From a virus (lineage: Duplodnaviria; Heunggongvirae; Uroviricota; Caudoviricetes), in the IMG/VR virus record IMGVR_UViG_3300048599_000194, positions 239,177-303,176 of that record: a stretch of DNA of 64,000 nucleotides, one strand, 5' to 3'. A program made the position numbers and the translations under genes. The number at the start of each line of letters is the position of its first letter. Position 1 is the first letter of the stretch. The notes under the pieces are model-generated. The model had not been told where the DNA came from. It did no database searches and saw only the letters and a program-made list of their open reading frames with translations. This document shows positions 1-9,526 of the stretch, piece after piece.

Positions 1-91
1 AGCCATCATGCATTCTATACTACATTGGAGTTCGTACTCCCGCATAGTGAGCTTTGTGCCATCAGGAAGATCAATATCTAATTCTGCTGTA

Positions 92-379
92 TCATACATG
101 CTCATTAGTATTACCTTTACGCTTGAATAGTTTAGGTGTTTGGCAAATCAAATGACCTATGATTATACCCAGCCATCCAATATATACGAACAAGATCAGA
201 AATGCTTCCATTAAACCGCTAAAAAATGTATGATAATCAATCCTATGATATTTCAACGTGATTTTAATTTTTCGTGCCAATACTACCAAGTTGGAATGAA
301 TAATTAGATACCCGAGAATGAAATACAATGCAAGTGTTGCAATGATAGCACCATTAACAAAAGGTTCGTTAAATGGCAT
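92..379 (-). CDS. hypothetical membrane protein (hydrophobic, ~2 TM helices)
   Basis: 95-aa ORF, hydrophobic segments; abuts next gene. Confidence 0.5.
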   Translation of the reverse strand: MPFNEPFVNGAIIATLALYFILGYLIIHSNLVVLARKIKITLKYHRIDYHTFFSGLMEAFLILFVYIGWLGIIIGHLICQTPKLFKRKGNTNEHV

Positions 380-380
380 T

Positions 381-683
381 TTATCCTCCCAGGTGTTTCT
401 GCAGGTAAGGCTTCAGTTGATCAATCTTAGCTTCGAAACTAAGATACATTTCGTCGCGTGCAGGTGTATCAGAAAAACCCCAAATCGAAACCAGACGAAT
501 TGCATTGTCGTCAAGAATCTCATTAATTAGTTCAGTGATTAGCGCAATTTGATTGGCCAGTGGAACTTTACATGCATTGTCTAGAATTGCATTCAATTCA
601 TTATTGTGATGGCATGCCTCGACTAGGCAATCCCAAACATAGCCCCATCCCTCATTAATTTCACCTGAGGTGATTTTATACAT
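381..683 (-). CDS. hypothetical protein
   Basis: 100-aa ORF; start overlaps upstream stop (TAATG). Confidence 0.5.
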   Translation of the reverse strand: MYKITSGEINEGWGYVWDCLVEACHHNNELNAILDNACKVPLANQIALITELINEILDDNAIRLVSIWGFSDTPARDEMYLSFEAKIDQLKPYLQKHLGG

Positions 684-856
684 TATTGTGCCTCAGTATT
701 ATCTGTCTTATTTTCCTTGCCAGCATTGATTCGACTAAAAAGAACCTTCAATGCTTCTCCGACCTGAACAAATGCAACGCAGGTCGAAATGCAAATAAAA
801 AGAGCAATGAAGAAGGTTACAGTACTATTCTTATCCATGTAGGTAAAAATATCCAT
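683..856 (-). CDS. small hydrophobic protein (58 aa)
   Basis: Read by eye: ATG with GGAG SD; TAATG overlaps with both neighbours; not in >=60 aa ORF track. Confidence 0.4.
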   Translation of the reverse strand: MDIFTYMDKNSTVTFFIALFICISTCVAFVQVGEALKVLFSRINAGKENKTDNTEAQ

Positions 857-1416
857 TATTCATCTCCTTCAATTTTGCGTGCATCAGACATGAACTTCTC
901 CATTGTTGGTAGCTCATTTAGAGAATAGCTAAGAACCAATCGAACCGGATAATAAGTGGTATCGTTGATTTCAGTTCGTTCCACACTATGCATATCAGCA
1001 AATCGCCCCTTATCATGAGGAGCCTTCTGAAATCCGACATATACCTCAAATACATTCGCATCGAGGTCAATCACATACGCATATTCGCAGAATAGAGAAT
1101 CTTCAGCAAATGAGCTTTGATCATACAGTTCAATTAGAGGGAGCGAAGAATTTTCGATAATAGACAAAATCTTACACCCAGTATCCCGAGTCATCAATTC
1201 ACGCTCATGAATCGACCCATTCAACATGGCATCGCCTCTAGCCGCATCAACGAAAACAACCCTATTCAAATTATCTTCAAACTTCTGGCGATCCCAATTA
1301 TGAAGATATTCGAGAATGTTAGATCCAGAGCCTGAGATATATCCATCCCACTGGCCATACTGTGCAACCTTAAATTCGCCGTTCTTGACGACCGCAGTTA
1401 GATTTCTAGTTCCCAT
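856..1416 (-). CDS. hypothetical protein
   Basis: 186-aa ORF in minus-strand operon. Confidence 0.55.
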   Translation of the reverse strand: MGTRNLTAVVKNGEFKVAQYGQWDGYISGSGSNILEYLHNWDRQKFEDNLNRVVFVDAARGDAMLNGSIHERELMTRDTGCKILSIIENSSLPLIELYDQSSFAEDSLFCEYAYVIDLDANVFEVYVGFQKAPHDKGRFADMHSVERTEINDTTYYPVRLVLSYSLNELPTMEKFMSDARKIEGDE

Positions 1417-1428
1417 TATTTCCTCCCT

Positions 1429-1866
1429 TTACCAATATTCATGAATTTGTATTTCACTGCAAGAAAAGAATGGGAATGCGTTATCCCATTTCTTTGAACT
1501 GGTCATTTCAGATCGAATCCAATCTTTGATATTGGCATCTGCATCCCGCCAGCAAGTATCATGATCTGCCAGAATTTGCCAGTTTGGGGTCGGAAGATCT
1601 CTGAAATCCTTCTTGTAAACAGCCAACCGATTCCAATCCACCATTACATATGAACTGCCAGCCTTAATATGAAACCTGATCTGAAATTGAACTCGCATCT
1701 CCTCAGAATTATCAGGATCATCATTATCGTTATAGTATCTTGCATTGAGTGACATTGTTGCCGTAATATCATAAGTCTTGTTCTTACCTCGATGGGCCTC
1801 GACAAGACTTTCAAGAGTGCTCATAGCTCCATCAAATGCAAAAAGAGGAATCATATTTTTGGACAT
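1429..1866 (-). CDS. hypothetical protein
   Basis: 145-aa ORF; promoter motif just upstream. Confidence 0.55.
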   Translation of the reverse strand: MSKNMIPLFAFDGAMSTLESLVEAHRGKNKTYDITATMSLNARYYNDNDDPDNSEEMRVQFQIRFHIKAGSSYVMVDWNRLAVYKKDFRDLPTPNWQILADHDTCWRDADANIKDWIRSEMTSSKKWDNAFPFFSCSEIQIHEYW

Positions 1867-1889
1867 TGGATACTCCTTTGATATTGCAT

Positions 1890-1920
1890 AAGATACTTGA
1901 GATTTCCCCAGATGTCAACC
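1890..1920 (-). promoter_or_regulatory. conserved early-promoter-like motif (plus text AAGATACTTG-N14-GTCAACC)
   Basis: Bipartite motif recurring >=22x upstream of minus-strand starts. Confidence 0.55.
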
Positions 1921-1948
1921 AGACTACGTGACTTACGAGTTCACTTTT

Positions 1949-2311
1949 TCAGCCACGATGCTTGAACGTGTTATGAAGTTCGAGGTGAACTCGATCATTC
2001 AGTTCTTTCTTCTTTCTAAGTATTTCTTCATCTTCTATGATTTTGGAAAATACCATTTGCAACTTACTTTCAACATTTCTCCATATCACAGTGAGAACTT
2101 CAAGAGTAACTCGTTCATCAGAATACTCAACAAAATCCCACTTAGGAAAAACTGCCGACTCAGAAAAGAAAAATCCACTATCACTGAAGCATTTCGCGTG
2201 ATTGAATACTGGAATTGCCATACTAAGATCGACCATAATGTTAAGCCGATCAAAGGTAGACACGCCTAAAGAAATCTGATTTGCAAGAATCCTTGATTTA
2301 ATGTTACTCAT
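1949..2311 (-). CDS. hypothetical protein
   Basis: ORF trimmed to Met preceded by AAGGGGTGG SD to remove 137-nt overlap. Confidence 0.5.
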   Translation of the reverse strand: MSNIKSRILANQISLGVSTFDRLNIMVDLSMAIPVFNHAKCFSDSGFFFSESAVFPKWDFVEYSDERVTLEVLTVIWRNVESKLQMVFSKIIEDEEILRKKKELNDRVHLELHNTFKHRG

Positions 2312-2693
2312 ATTTGAACCACCCCTTAATAGGTTTTTCGTCGGCGTTGATGGTATATGTCTTGTTAGATATAGTTGCGCATAAAAGATCGATGAACTTG
2401 TATTGTGAAATATAAAGGCGCGAAGTATCATCAGGCTCACGACCGGAAATGTCGATTTCGATGGTGATCTGATCTTCCCTGAAAATCAGTCGATTACCAT
2501 CATTGCTCTTTTCACATTCGAAGGCGTGAATTGTATGACGACCCTTATCAGAAAATTGAGAGGGGTGTGGATTTTCTTCAATGGCTTCGATAATATCGTC
2601 ATCGTTGAAAAAGAGGTTAGAATTAAATTCGTTATCTTCATCACAGGATCTACACGAACAAGAACTGTGATGGTAAATTGCATAGCATTTCAT
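2304..2693 (-). CDS. hypothetical Cys-rich acidic protein
   Basis: ORF trimmed to MKCY start (ATGA overlap with upstream stop). Confidence 0.5.
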   Translation of the reverse strand: MKCYAIYHHSSCSCRSCDEDNEFNSNLFFNDDDIIEAIEENPHPSQFSDKGRHTIHAFECEKSNDGNRLIFREDQITIEIDISGREPDDTSRLYISQYKFIDLLCATISNKTYTINADEKPIKGWFKYE

Positions 2694-2887
2694 GAAACAC
2701 CTCGATTCAAATAGAGAGGTTCTGGTGTAGTTCGGATTCCCGCGCAAGCCTTCCAGTCACGATCACCGTACTGACGAATAAGAAAAGCCTTTTCCTCATC
2801 GGTCAGGCAATTCTCATCAACTCCGCTAAATTCTCGATAGATTTCTTCATCGATTCCAGAACTGATCATAGTACACCTCCTGTTCAT
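2690..2887 (-). CDS. hypothetical protein
   Basis: 65-aa ORF. Confidence 0.45.
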   Translation of the reverse strand: MNRRCTMISSGIDEEIYREFSGVDENCLTDEEKAFLIRQYGDRDWKACAGIRTTPEPLYLNRGVS

Positions 2888-2888
2888 T

Positions 2889-2919
2889 AAAGATACGTGA
2901 GGCGCGTGAAAAAGTCAAC
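2889..2919 (-). promoter_or_regulatory. promoter-like motif (AAGATACGTG-N15-GTCAAC)
   Basis: Motif instance; overlaps stop of upstream ORF. Confidence 0.45.
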
Positions 2920-3179
2920 TACCAAATATCTTCACTATATAACTGAGGTCTTTCAAGAGGCCGAATATTCTGTCCATTTTTCTTCACCAGTTCAAGAGCT
3001 TCTAATCGATCAAGAAATTTTCCATCTTTTCCAATGAATCCTTGAATTGCATCCTTTGTGACTGGCTTAGGAACACCAAACTTAACCATTTCGACAATTA
3101 CATCGCCATGTCTATTTGGAGCACCAAGTGCATATATCACCCCATCTCGCTTAATTGCAACACCAGTAATTTCATTCAT
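2919..3179 (-). CDS. hypothetical protein
   Basis: 86-aa ORF. Confidence 0.5.
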   Translation of the reverse strand: MNEITGVAIKRDGVIYALGAPNRHGDVIVEMVKFGVPKPVTKDAIQGFIGKDGKFLDRLEALELVKKNGQNIRPLERPQLYSEDIW

Positions 3180-3820
3180 GCTACGTTAAGAAATGCATTA
3201 ATTTGGCAGATGAATTCATCCACCGTATTAAATTCTTTATACCTCTTCCACGGAATACCACCGAGAGAAAAAATAAATTCGTCTGGCATTACCCAAGAAT
3301 TTTTATGATGATTAAATCGAACAAGAGTTCCTGCATATTGACCCGCATGAATTACCATCGCCATCACGGGTTCACTTTCATCCATCGCATCCATTACAAA
3401 AGTTTCACATACATGTACGTCAGTTTCACTGAGATTCAGCTTTTTAATGATTTCGATCACCATATTAGGAATATGAGTACAATGACCACCCCCGAATCCA
3501 TCGGTGAAGTGCCCAATGTGACTGTCAATTACCCCATCCACATAAATTTGCCTCTTAGAATTATAGTCATCATTAAATTCCAATCGAAGAATTCGCCCAA
3601 TTGGTTCAAATTCAAGATCGACTCGATGCTGTTCAAGAGCTTCACCTAGATTTGTAATTACATTCTTAAAAGTATAAGGCATTTCTTTCTGGAGAAAATT
3701 CTTTAGTGCCTCAAAAGTCTGAGCGTCGCCCTTCAATGTCAAATCATTCATTAGAGCGGAATCACCAACATCAGAATATACAGGTATCTTAAGATCAACT
3801 TTAATAGATACTCCCATCAC
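3176..3820 (-). CDS. hypothetical protein
   Basis: 214-aa ORF. Confidence 0.55.
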   Translation of the reverse strand: MMGVSIKVDLKIPVYSDVGDSALMNDLTLKGDAQTFEALKNFLQKEMPYTFKNVITNLGEALEQHRVDLEFEPIGRILRLEFNDDYNSKRQIYVDGVIDSHIGHFTDGFGGGHCTHIPNMVIEIIKKLNLSETDVHVCETFVMDAMDESEPVMAMVIHAGQYAGTLVRFNHHKNSWVMPDEFIFSLGGIPWKRYKEFNTVDEFICQINAFLNVA

Positions 3821-4038
3821 CTCACCTCTTTATTTTTTATTGGAAGTTCACCTGAATAAATTAAACCCCTCAAATATTCATGTGTTCTATTATTATATTT
3901 ACTCTTATGATATTTTCTAAGTATATTATCTGCTTTTTTAGTATACACGTCATTATCGTCAAATTCAACACCAAATACAATACAAGCAGACTCATATTCA
4001 TAAATGTCATCCGCGATTTTAGACATTAAATCTGACAT
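3817..4038 (-). CDS. hypothetical protein
   Basis: ORF trimmed to Met with GAGGG SD; TAATG overlap. Confidence 0.45.
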   Translation of the reverse strand: MSDLMSKIADDIYEYESACIVFGVEFDDNDVYTKKADNILRKYHKSKYNNRTHEYLRGLIYSGELPIKNKEVR

Positions 4039-4904
4039 TAAGCCCTCAAGCACATAATCAATGGAACCTTACCAGAAAGAATGAATGTTCCATTAAACTT
4101 ATCGACAGGTAATTCAAATCCTGCGGCATTCTTATGTCCGCCACCGCCAAATCTCTTACAAATCACCGACACGTCAAAATCACCAACAGACCTTAATGAG
4201 AATTTGTAAGTGTTTGGAGTATATCTGTAATACGTTCCCGCAAATTGGGCTTTCTTTTCTTTAATGAATTTAGTGAAAAGTGCGTTTCCGAATTCAGACA
4301 TATGCAAGCATGAATTTACCGCCAGCATAGTAAATTCATCAATCGCCAGGGTATGCATTACTTCAAATCCCATCTGGAGATTATGGTCAATAACCTTCTG
4401 AATCACAATACCTTCTGCAATTCGATCAGCTATTGACTTTTCGGCACCCTTAATGAATGCTTCAAGTGTCAGGTCTTCCTGGTAAAGACTATTCTTCACC
4501 GATTTAGAATCGGGAAGTGCAAATCTCCAGAGGTCAGCGTCTTCAATATAATTGATATAATCAGGTCGCGGAATATTTGGGTGAAAATGATCCCATGCCA
4601 ATCCGGCCCCTGATTTGTTCATGTCAAAAATGGCGTTAGGATGCCCTTCTAGGTCGAGCATCGCGCTCTTATGATGGTCGATCACCAGAACACTCTGCAT
4701 CCGCTGTACGAGCTTATCTAGGTCAGATCGAGGATAACTAAAGTCGAGGATGTAAACGTGAGATCCATCATCCAATTCAGGTCTAGGTCTTCCGTAATCT
4801 ACTGGAATATATTCAACATTCTCAGAACCCAATGCCTTATATGCGGCATATGCGGCTCCAAAACCATCCGGGTCATTGTGGTGTAAAACGTATGTCTTAG
4901 GCAT
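4038..4904 (-). CDS. DHH/DHHA1-family phosphoesterase (NrnA-like oligoribonuclease/pAp phosphatase-like)
   Basis: DHH motifs LHHNDPDGFG and VIDHHK; DHHA1 GGGH motif near C-terminus. Confidence 0.7.
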   Translation of the reverse strand: MPKTYVLHHNDPDGFGAAYAAYKALGSENVEYIPVDYGRPRPELDDGSHVYILDFSYPRSDLDKLVQRMQSVLVIDHHKSAMLDLEGHPNAIFDMNKSGAGLAWDHFHPNIPRPDYINYIEDADLWRFALPDSKSVKNSLYQEDLTLEAFIKGAEKSIADRIAEGIVIQKVIDHNLQMGFEVMHTLAIDEFTMLAVNSCLHMSEFGNALFTKFIKEKKAQFAGTYYRYTPNTYKFSLRSVGDFDVSVICKRFGGGGHKNAAGFELPVDKFNGTFILSGKVPLIMCLRA

Positions 4905-4916
4905 TTTAGTTATTCC

Positions 4917-5678
4917 TTAGTCGATGTGCAACAATGCTTCAAGTTCGCGAATGTCTTCTTTACTTGGTTCAGTCTTCATTATAGCCGTAAGGATCTTTGA
5001 CTTATAGCTATCGTCTCTCCCGATCCAATCTTCAAATACTTGGATAATCGTCTTGATATTGCACCAATATCCCTTTTCCATGTATTTCGAGATTCGATAG
5101 ATTTGTGCAATCGGGCAGTGAATATTTTTCACTGTTAGTATTTTCTTAGAATCGTCTCTAGGGAAATCCTTATCTGCAATTCCTTCAAGATTCTTCAATG
5201 TTTCATTTGTTATCGCGGCTCTTGCGATTGTAAAGTCAAAATTATTGAGAATGTCCTCGACATTCTCAGAAGATAATAGTACATGACCTTCATTTAGAGG
5301 TTTAATCAATTGAATGGGCAAAGAACCACCAAAAGACGAAAGCATTGTATTTGCGGCTTCTGAGGTTCTCTTCTCATAGTATCCAGCTTTCTTTAGTCGT
5401 AAAAGAATCGCTTGATATTGTTCATCACCTCTACAATAAATGTCAATATCTCCACATTCGACTGGATTCTTCACCGTCGAAACGCTGAGTCTAGCAAATC
5501 CACCGCAAATAAATCCATCTTCATGAATTATATTTTCAAAGAGATCCTTTAGCAATTCTTCATTGCGCTGAATCTTTAGATATACATAATCTTTAGACGC
5601 AGTGTACTTCAATTCTACCTTAGTGTCAGTGTTGTCTTTGCTGACTGCCTCTAGCTCTTGAATTAGTCCGTCACTCAT
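4917..5678 (-). CDS. hypothetical protein, possible minimal nucleotidyltransferase fold
   Basis: GG...(16)...DID segment resembling Pol-beta NTase signature; weak. Confidence 0.4.
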   Translation of the reverse strand: MSDGLIQELEAVSKDNTDTKVELKYTASKDYVYLKIQRNEELLKDLFENIIHEDGFICGGFARLSVSTVKNPVECGDIDIYCRGDEQYQAILLRLKKAGYYEKRTSEAANTMLSSFGGSLPIQLIKPLNEGHVLLSSENVEDILNNFDFTIARAAITNETLKNLEGIADKDFPRDDSKKILTVKNIHCPIAQIYRISKYMEKGYWCNIKTIIQVFEDWIGRDDSYKSKILTAIMKTEPSKEDIRELEALLHID

Positions 5679-6475
5679 TATGGAAGCATCTCCTCGATTG
5701 CAAAAATCATTTTCTGAACATCGATAGCATATAGACCAGATGAGTTAATTGAATTTACTTCAATCACTTTTAACCCGTCAGGTGTAATGGCCACATCTAA
5801 CACAAACGCTCTATCAGGTTGATAACAATCAACCATTTTCTGAGCAAATTCAATTATATATTCATCAACTGCAGATGAATAATATACAGTTCCTCCGCTC
5901 TTATATAGAGATTGTGTAATTACTTTCCCATCAACAACAAAAAAACGATATTCGGAAAAAATCTCTTTAGGACTTGCAATTACTACTTTAGTATCTGGAG
6001 TAACAGTTGAATATTGATCACCCATTGCCATGATCTTATTCTTAAAAATCAAAAAATCATCTCGACTTATTATCTCAGCAGTAAAAGCCTTAGTATCTTC
6101 ATTAGGTTTGATGAAAAATTCAGAGATATTAGGAATTAACTCGTCTGAGCATCCAAAATTGACCACTATTGAATCATAATTCAACATATTCTCGCCATAA
6201 TACTTCATCAAATTATCAATTGCACTATTATTGCTAATGAATGCCCCCGGAAAATATCCGCGCCGTACTGCATGTTTGCTTAGACTATATGAACCATAAC
6301 AGTAAATATTCCCATTTGAAGGAACGGGAGATTCTAACTTAATACCATCATCACTATCGGAAAATGGAATTACAGTGCAAAACGAATGAGGTATCCCCAT
6401 TCGCTCTACCGATTCGATAAGTTTCAGATATTGACGATCTGAATCGAACCCTCGCTGTATTAACCAGTGCGCCAT
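5678..6475 (-). CDS. ATP-grasp domain protein
   Basis: C-terminal ATP-grasp-like pattern (EYRFFVVDGKV...LDVAI...VIEVNS). Confidence 0.6.
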   Translation of the reverse strand: MAHWLIQRGFDSDRQYLKLIESVERMGIPHSFCTVIPFSDSDDGIKLESPVPSNGNIYCYGSYSLSKHAVRRGYFPGAFISNNSAIDNLMKYYGENMLNYDSIVVNFGCSDELIPNISEFFIKPNEDTKAFTAEIISRDDFLIFKNKIMAMGDQYSTVTPDTKVVIASPKEIFSEYRFFVVDGKVITQSLYKSGGTVYYSSAVDEYIIEFAQKMVDCYQPDRAFVLDVAITPDGLKVIEVNSINSSGLYAIDVQKMIFAIEEMLP

Positions 6476-6502
6476 CTATAACCTCATTAGTAGTTAAAAG
6501 TA

Positions 6503-6531
6503 ACATACTATGAGAAACCGAAGGCGTCAAC
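6503..6531 (-). promoter_or_regulatory. promoter-like motif, divergent (ACATACTATG-N15-GTCAAC)
   Basis: Variant of recurring motif upstream of ATP-grasp gene. Confidence 0.4.
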
Positions 6532-6536
6532 TAAAA

Positions 6537-6737
6537 TCAAAAATCAAAGTCAAAATATACTTTAATTTTGGGGTCACGCTTCTCTTCTAACAATCCATAA
6601 TCAGAATATCTGATTTTGAAATATACATTCTCAGATAATTTCTGGGTATATTTTAATCCAAAAGTACCAAATTCTCCGCCGCTTTTAGCTATTGGAGTTA
6701 GATATAGTGTTGTCGATAACAGTGCCATCTTCAACAT
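6537..6737 (-). CDS. small hypothetical protein
   Basis: 66-aa ORF; overlaps next ORF by 53 nt in another frame, one may be spurious. Confidence 0.3.
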   Translation of the reverse strand: MLKMALLSTTLYLTPIAKSGGEFGTFGLKYTQKLSENVYFKIRYSDYGLLEEKRDPKIKVYFDFDF

Positions 6738-7002
6738 TATTAGACTCTCCTTCTAGCTTCTTTTCCATCTTAGCTAATTCTTCATAATATCGAGGGGACT
6801 CGGCTAAATGATCTCGCGCAATATCCAAAGCCAATGCAAGTTTTGCAGGATCATTCAAATCTCCAACATGCTCTTTTTCAATTGCCGCACCCTGGGCCAA
6901 TAATCCTATGTCAAAACTCTGACCATCTCCAACCCCACCATTAATTGGATTAGAAAGGTCTATGTTTTCGTATAAATGATTTTTGTATATGAAGCGTTTC
7001 AT
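6685..7002 (-). CDS. hypothetical protein
   Basis: 105-aa ORF. Confidence 0.4.
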   Translation of the reverse strand: MKRFIYKNHLYENIDLSNPINGGVGDGQSFDIGLLAQGAAIEKEHVGDLNDPAKLALALDIARDHLAESPRYYEELAKMEKKLEGESNNVEDGTVIDNTISNSNS

Positions 7003-7017
7003 GTATCGTATTTATCA

Positions 7018-7046
7018 GAAAAAAAGCTCTAGGTATCCCTAGAGCC
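7018..7046 (-). terminator. rho-independent-type terminator
   Basis: GCTCTAGG-tatcc-CTAGAGC hairpin followed by T-run on minus strand. Confidence 0.6.
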
Positions 7047-7051
7047 TCTTT

Positions 7052-7804
7052 TCACATTTCAATCCAGCGCCTCCCTGAATTCACTGAAAAGTCATGTACC
7101 ATTGCATCACAGTCGAAAACAAGACACTGTCGATCTAATTCATCCCCATCTCGACCAAGTCCAACATTAATGAATTTTCCATCTGGATGAATTCCACGGG
7201 CCACGAATCTTTCATGATAGTGTCCATGAATTACATACTTCGGCTTGATTTCATCAACAATTGACTGAAGTTTAAGGCGATGACTATATGTAAGGGGATC
7301 CCTCTTGTTATCCAGATAGTCCTCGATGTCTACACTTTCAGGACAATCATGAGAGATAATAATGTCGGCTTTCACATCGACAGAGGAATAAATGTCCGAA
7401 TTAGAAATCTCCTCATTAGGCCACTTGTCTACTCCAAATGTTCGTTTCCAGCCATCAATAGAGTAAGCGCCTCCAACTGCACAAAAAGTATATTCGCCCC
7501 ACTGCCACGTTGTCATATTAGGGTGATAGTAGATTCTGGGGGAAACTTCAGAAACAGGTGCAGTATACTGCGCCAAATATTCATGATTGTCATGGTTTCC
7601 CTTGACAAAGTGAATCTCCATGTCACGGCGAACTAACTCAGTAGACAGGTAATAGAGAAATGCCCTCCCGTCAATGTCATGAGGCCAATATCCAAAATCA
7701 CCAACCGACAGGAGAATTTTACATCCACGCGACTCTGCATAATCAAGAACATTGTCAAGATTATATAGATTCATATGACTATCCCCAAAAATCAAAATTC
7801 GCAT
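7052..7804 (-). CDS. calcineurin-like metallophosphoesterase
   Basis: GDSH, GDFGYW, GNHDN motifs. Confidence 0.65.
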   Translation of the reverse strand: MRILIFGDSHMNLYNLDNVLDYAESRGCKILLSVGDFGYWPHDIDGRAFLYYLSTELVRRDMEIHFVKGNHDNHEYLAQYTAPVSEVSPRIYYHPNMTTWQWGEYTFCAVGGAYSIDGWKRTFGVDKWPNEEISNSDIYSSVDVKADIIISHDCPESVDIEDYLDNKRDPLTYSHRLKLQSIVDEIKPKYVIHGHYHERFVARGIHPDGKFINVGLGRDGDELDRQCLVFDCDAMVHDFSVNSGRRWIEM

Positions 7805-7830
7805 GGTAATACCTCCACTGTGATGACATG

Positions 7831-7860
7831 AAGATACTACCGCGAGTATCCTAAGTCAAC
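7831..7860 (-). promoter_or_regulatory. promoter-like motif (AAGATACTAC-N14-GTCAAC)
   Basis: Motif instance upstream of 7804 start. Confidence 0.55.
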
Positions 7861-8570
7861 TGCAATTTCTTATGATCAAACGTCCCTTGATTGATCATTG
7901 CCTTAAACCCAGCAGTGTTATACTTCCGATATTTCCCATTCAATTCGCAGGTAATGATAGTATTTGTCACCGTGTCAATTAGGAAACAAATCTTCTTAGT
8001 GCCCCACACCATAGCCGAAGTCGAATCCTTTCGGCGCTGATTTCGATACAGATATCCATCGTATGCAATGCGCTTACCAGAATTAAAAACTTCAAGCATT
8101 TTTGCGATAAGCTCTTCATCGCTTGCAGGCTTGAAATTCTTGTCAATGATATAATATCGCCAAATGAATTGATTCTTTGCATGAGTAGTAGGAGTCACCG
8201 TCATTGATTCCCCATTCTTCTTCATGCAATGAAATTCATTGTACTGCTCAATCGAAACTCCGGGAACTACAATCGGCGTTCGAATTTGACGATTATTCTT
8301 AATCTCCTCGGCAACTTCAGCCAACGTCTTTTCTGGCTTCTTTTGAGTGGGATTCTGCTTTTTCGACTTTGCGATAGATGGCTTGATCTTACGAGCCAAA
8401 ATACTTTCAGTGATTCGCTTATATTCTTCAGTTTTACTCAACGGAATTTCAATAACAACATCAATCGGCTCGGTTGGATCAATGATCTTAGGCTTGGTTC
8501 GATCTACGATCTTAAGCATACGTTCCTCCTCTCTTCTAATTGAACAAAATAGAAAAACTATAATGTCCAA
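7851..8570 (-). CDS. hypothetical basic protein
   Basis: 239-aa ORF with Lys-rich region. Confidence 0.5.
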   Translation of the reverse strand: MDIIVFLFCSIRREEERMLKIVDRTKPKIIDPTEPIDVVIEIPLSKTEEYKRITESILARKIKPSIAKSKKQNPTQKKPEKTLAEVAEEIKNNRQIRTPIVVPGVSIEQYNEFHCMKKNGESMTVTPTTHAKNQFIWRYYIIDKNFKPASDEELIAKMLEVFNSGKRIAYDGYLYRNQRRKDSTSAMVWGTKKICFLIDTVTNTIITCELNGKYRKYNTAGFKAMINQGTFDHKKLQLT

Positions 8571-8612
8571 TTATCTAGTGGTTTCTGGGGTGAATAGACA
8601 CCCCACGCCAAC

Positions 8613-8644
8613 AAGATACTACAAGAAAGGGGTCGTCGTCAACC
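8613..8644 (-). promoter_or_regulatory. promoter-like motif
   Basis: AAGATACTAC-N15-GTCAACC. Confidence 0.55.
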
Positions 8645-9024
8645 TAGCAGAAACTATCCCACCTCACTCCGTCAACCGAAAATTTAGAATTTCCGTTTTC
8701 GTCCGGAACTTCATTGATGTAGAAGGGATTGCATATCATAGTATCATATGATACAATGCGACGAACTTTTACAAAAGCCGCACGGAAATTCTTAAATTCA
8801 ATTTCAGTCATGAATTTAGTTATTTCTGGCAAATAATGATTTACGAAATACTGCCAATCTTCTGAATCAGCCAATAGAGTGTGATCACACAACTCGCCAA
8901 ATTCATAAACCTGCATTTTAGGTTCTAATGCGGAATTGTTATACTTATCAGTCTCAAATCGATTGAGATACTTAAGTTCACCATCAACTTTGGCACAAAT
9001 CGCGTACATGATTGTCTCCTTCAA
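8644..9024 (-). CDS. hypothetical protein
   Basis: 126-aa ORF. Confidence 0.5.
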   Translation of the reverse strand: MKETIMYAICAKVDGELKYLNRFETDKYNNSALEPKMQVYEFGELCDHTLLADSEDWQYFVNHYLPEITKFMTEIEFKNFRAAFVKVRRIVSYDTMICNPFYINEVPDENGNSKFSVDGVRWDSFC

Positions 9025-9040
9025 ACTTAAAATACTTTAC

Positions 9041-9472
9041 CTATTGCAACCCGTCACGGATTTCTTGTCGAATATGCATTAGAATTCTACCTAAGAAATT
9101 TCGACCAACTCCAGTATGTTTATTCACACCCCAGAACTCATCCCCCCAATCATTACCTTCTATTAATTCCTGATTTCCAGTCGCTAATAATTTACTTTGT
9201 AATTCCGGAATTGAGAATTTAATTCTGAGTACTTCAAACATTACACGAATTTTAATTCGATCCCAATCAGATCGTAGTTTAATAGATCTTGATTTCTTCT
9301 TCACATCGGCTGAACTATTTGTCGCACAGAATTCTTTCCATTTAAGGTCTTCTCTTTTTTCTGACATATATGCACATTCAGATGAACTGTATACAAAATG
9401 TCCATATGGTATTTCACATTTATAGAAATTAGACAAAAACCTATTACCCGGCGTGTGAAAATCGTCAATCAT
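9041..9472 (-). CDS. NADAR (YbiA-like, DUF1768) family protein, putative ADP-ribose-processing hydrolase
   Basis: FLSNFY...HFVYSSSECAYMSEK...LLATGNQELIE pattern typical of NADAR/YbiA. Confidence 0.6.
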   Translation of the reverse strand: MIDDFHTPGNRFLSNFYKCEIPYGHFVYSSSECAYMSEKREDLKWKEFCATNSSADVKKKSRSIKLRSDWDRIKIRVMFEVLRIKFSIPELQSKLLATGNQELIEGNDWGDEFWGVNKHTGVGRNFLGRILMHIRQEIRDGLQ

Positions 9473-9526
9473 ATCTTTATTCTAATTTAGCTCATGGCAA
9501 CCGTCAATATTTTCTAAATAAATCGT

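Noticed and set aside
686-928. Plus-strand 80-aa ORF
   Set aside because: Fully overlapped by better-supported minus-strand genes (683-856 with SD, 856-1416); strand bias of the region argues against it.
1928-2269. Plus-strand 113-aa ORF
   Set aside because: Antisense to minus ORF 1949-2311, which fits operon spacing and has a strong SD.
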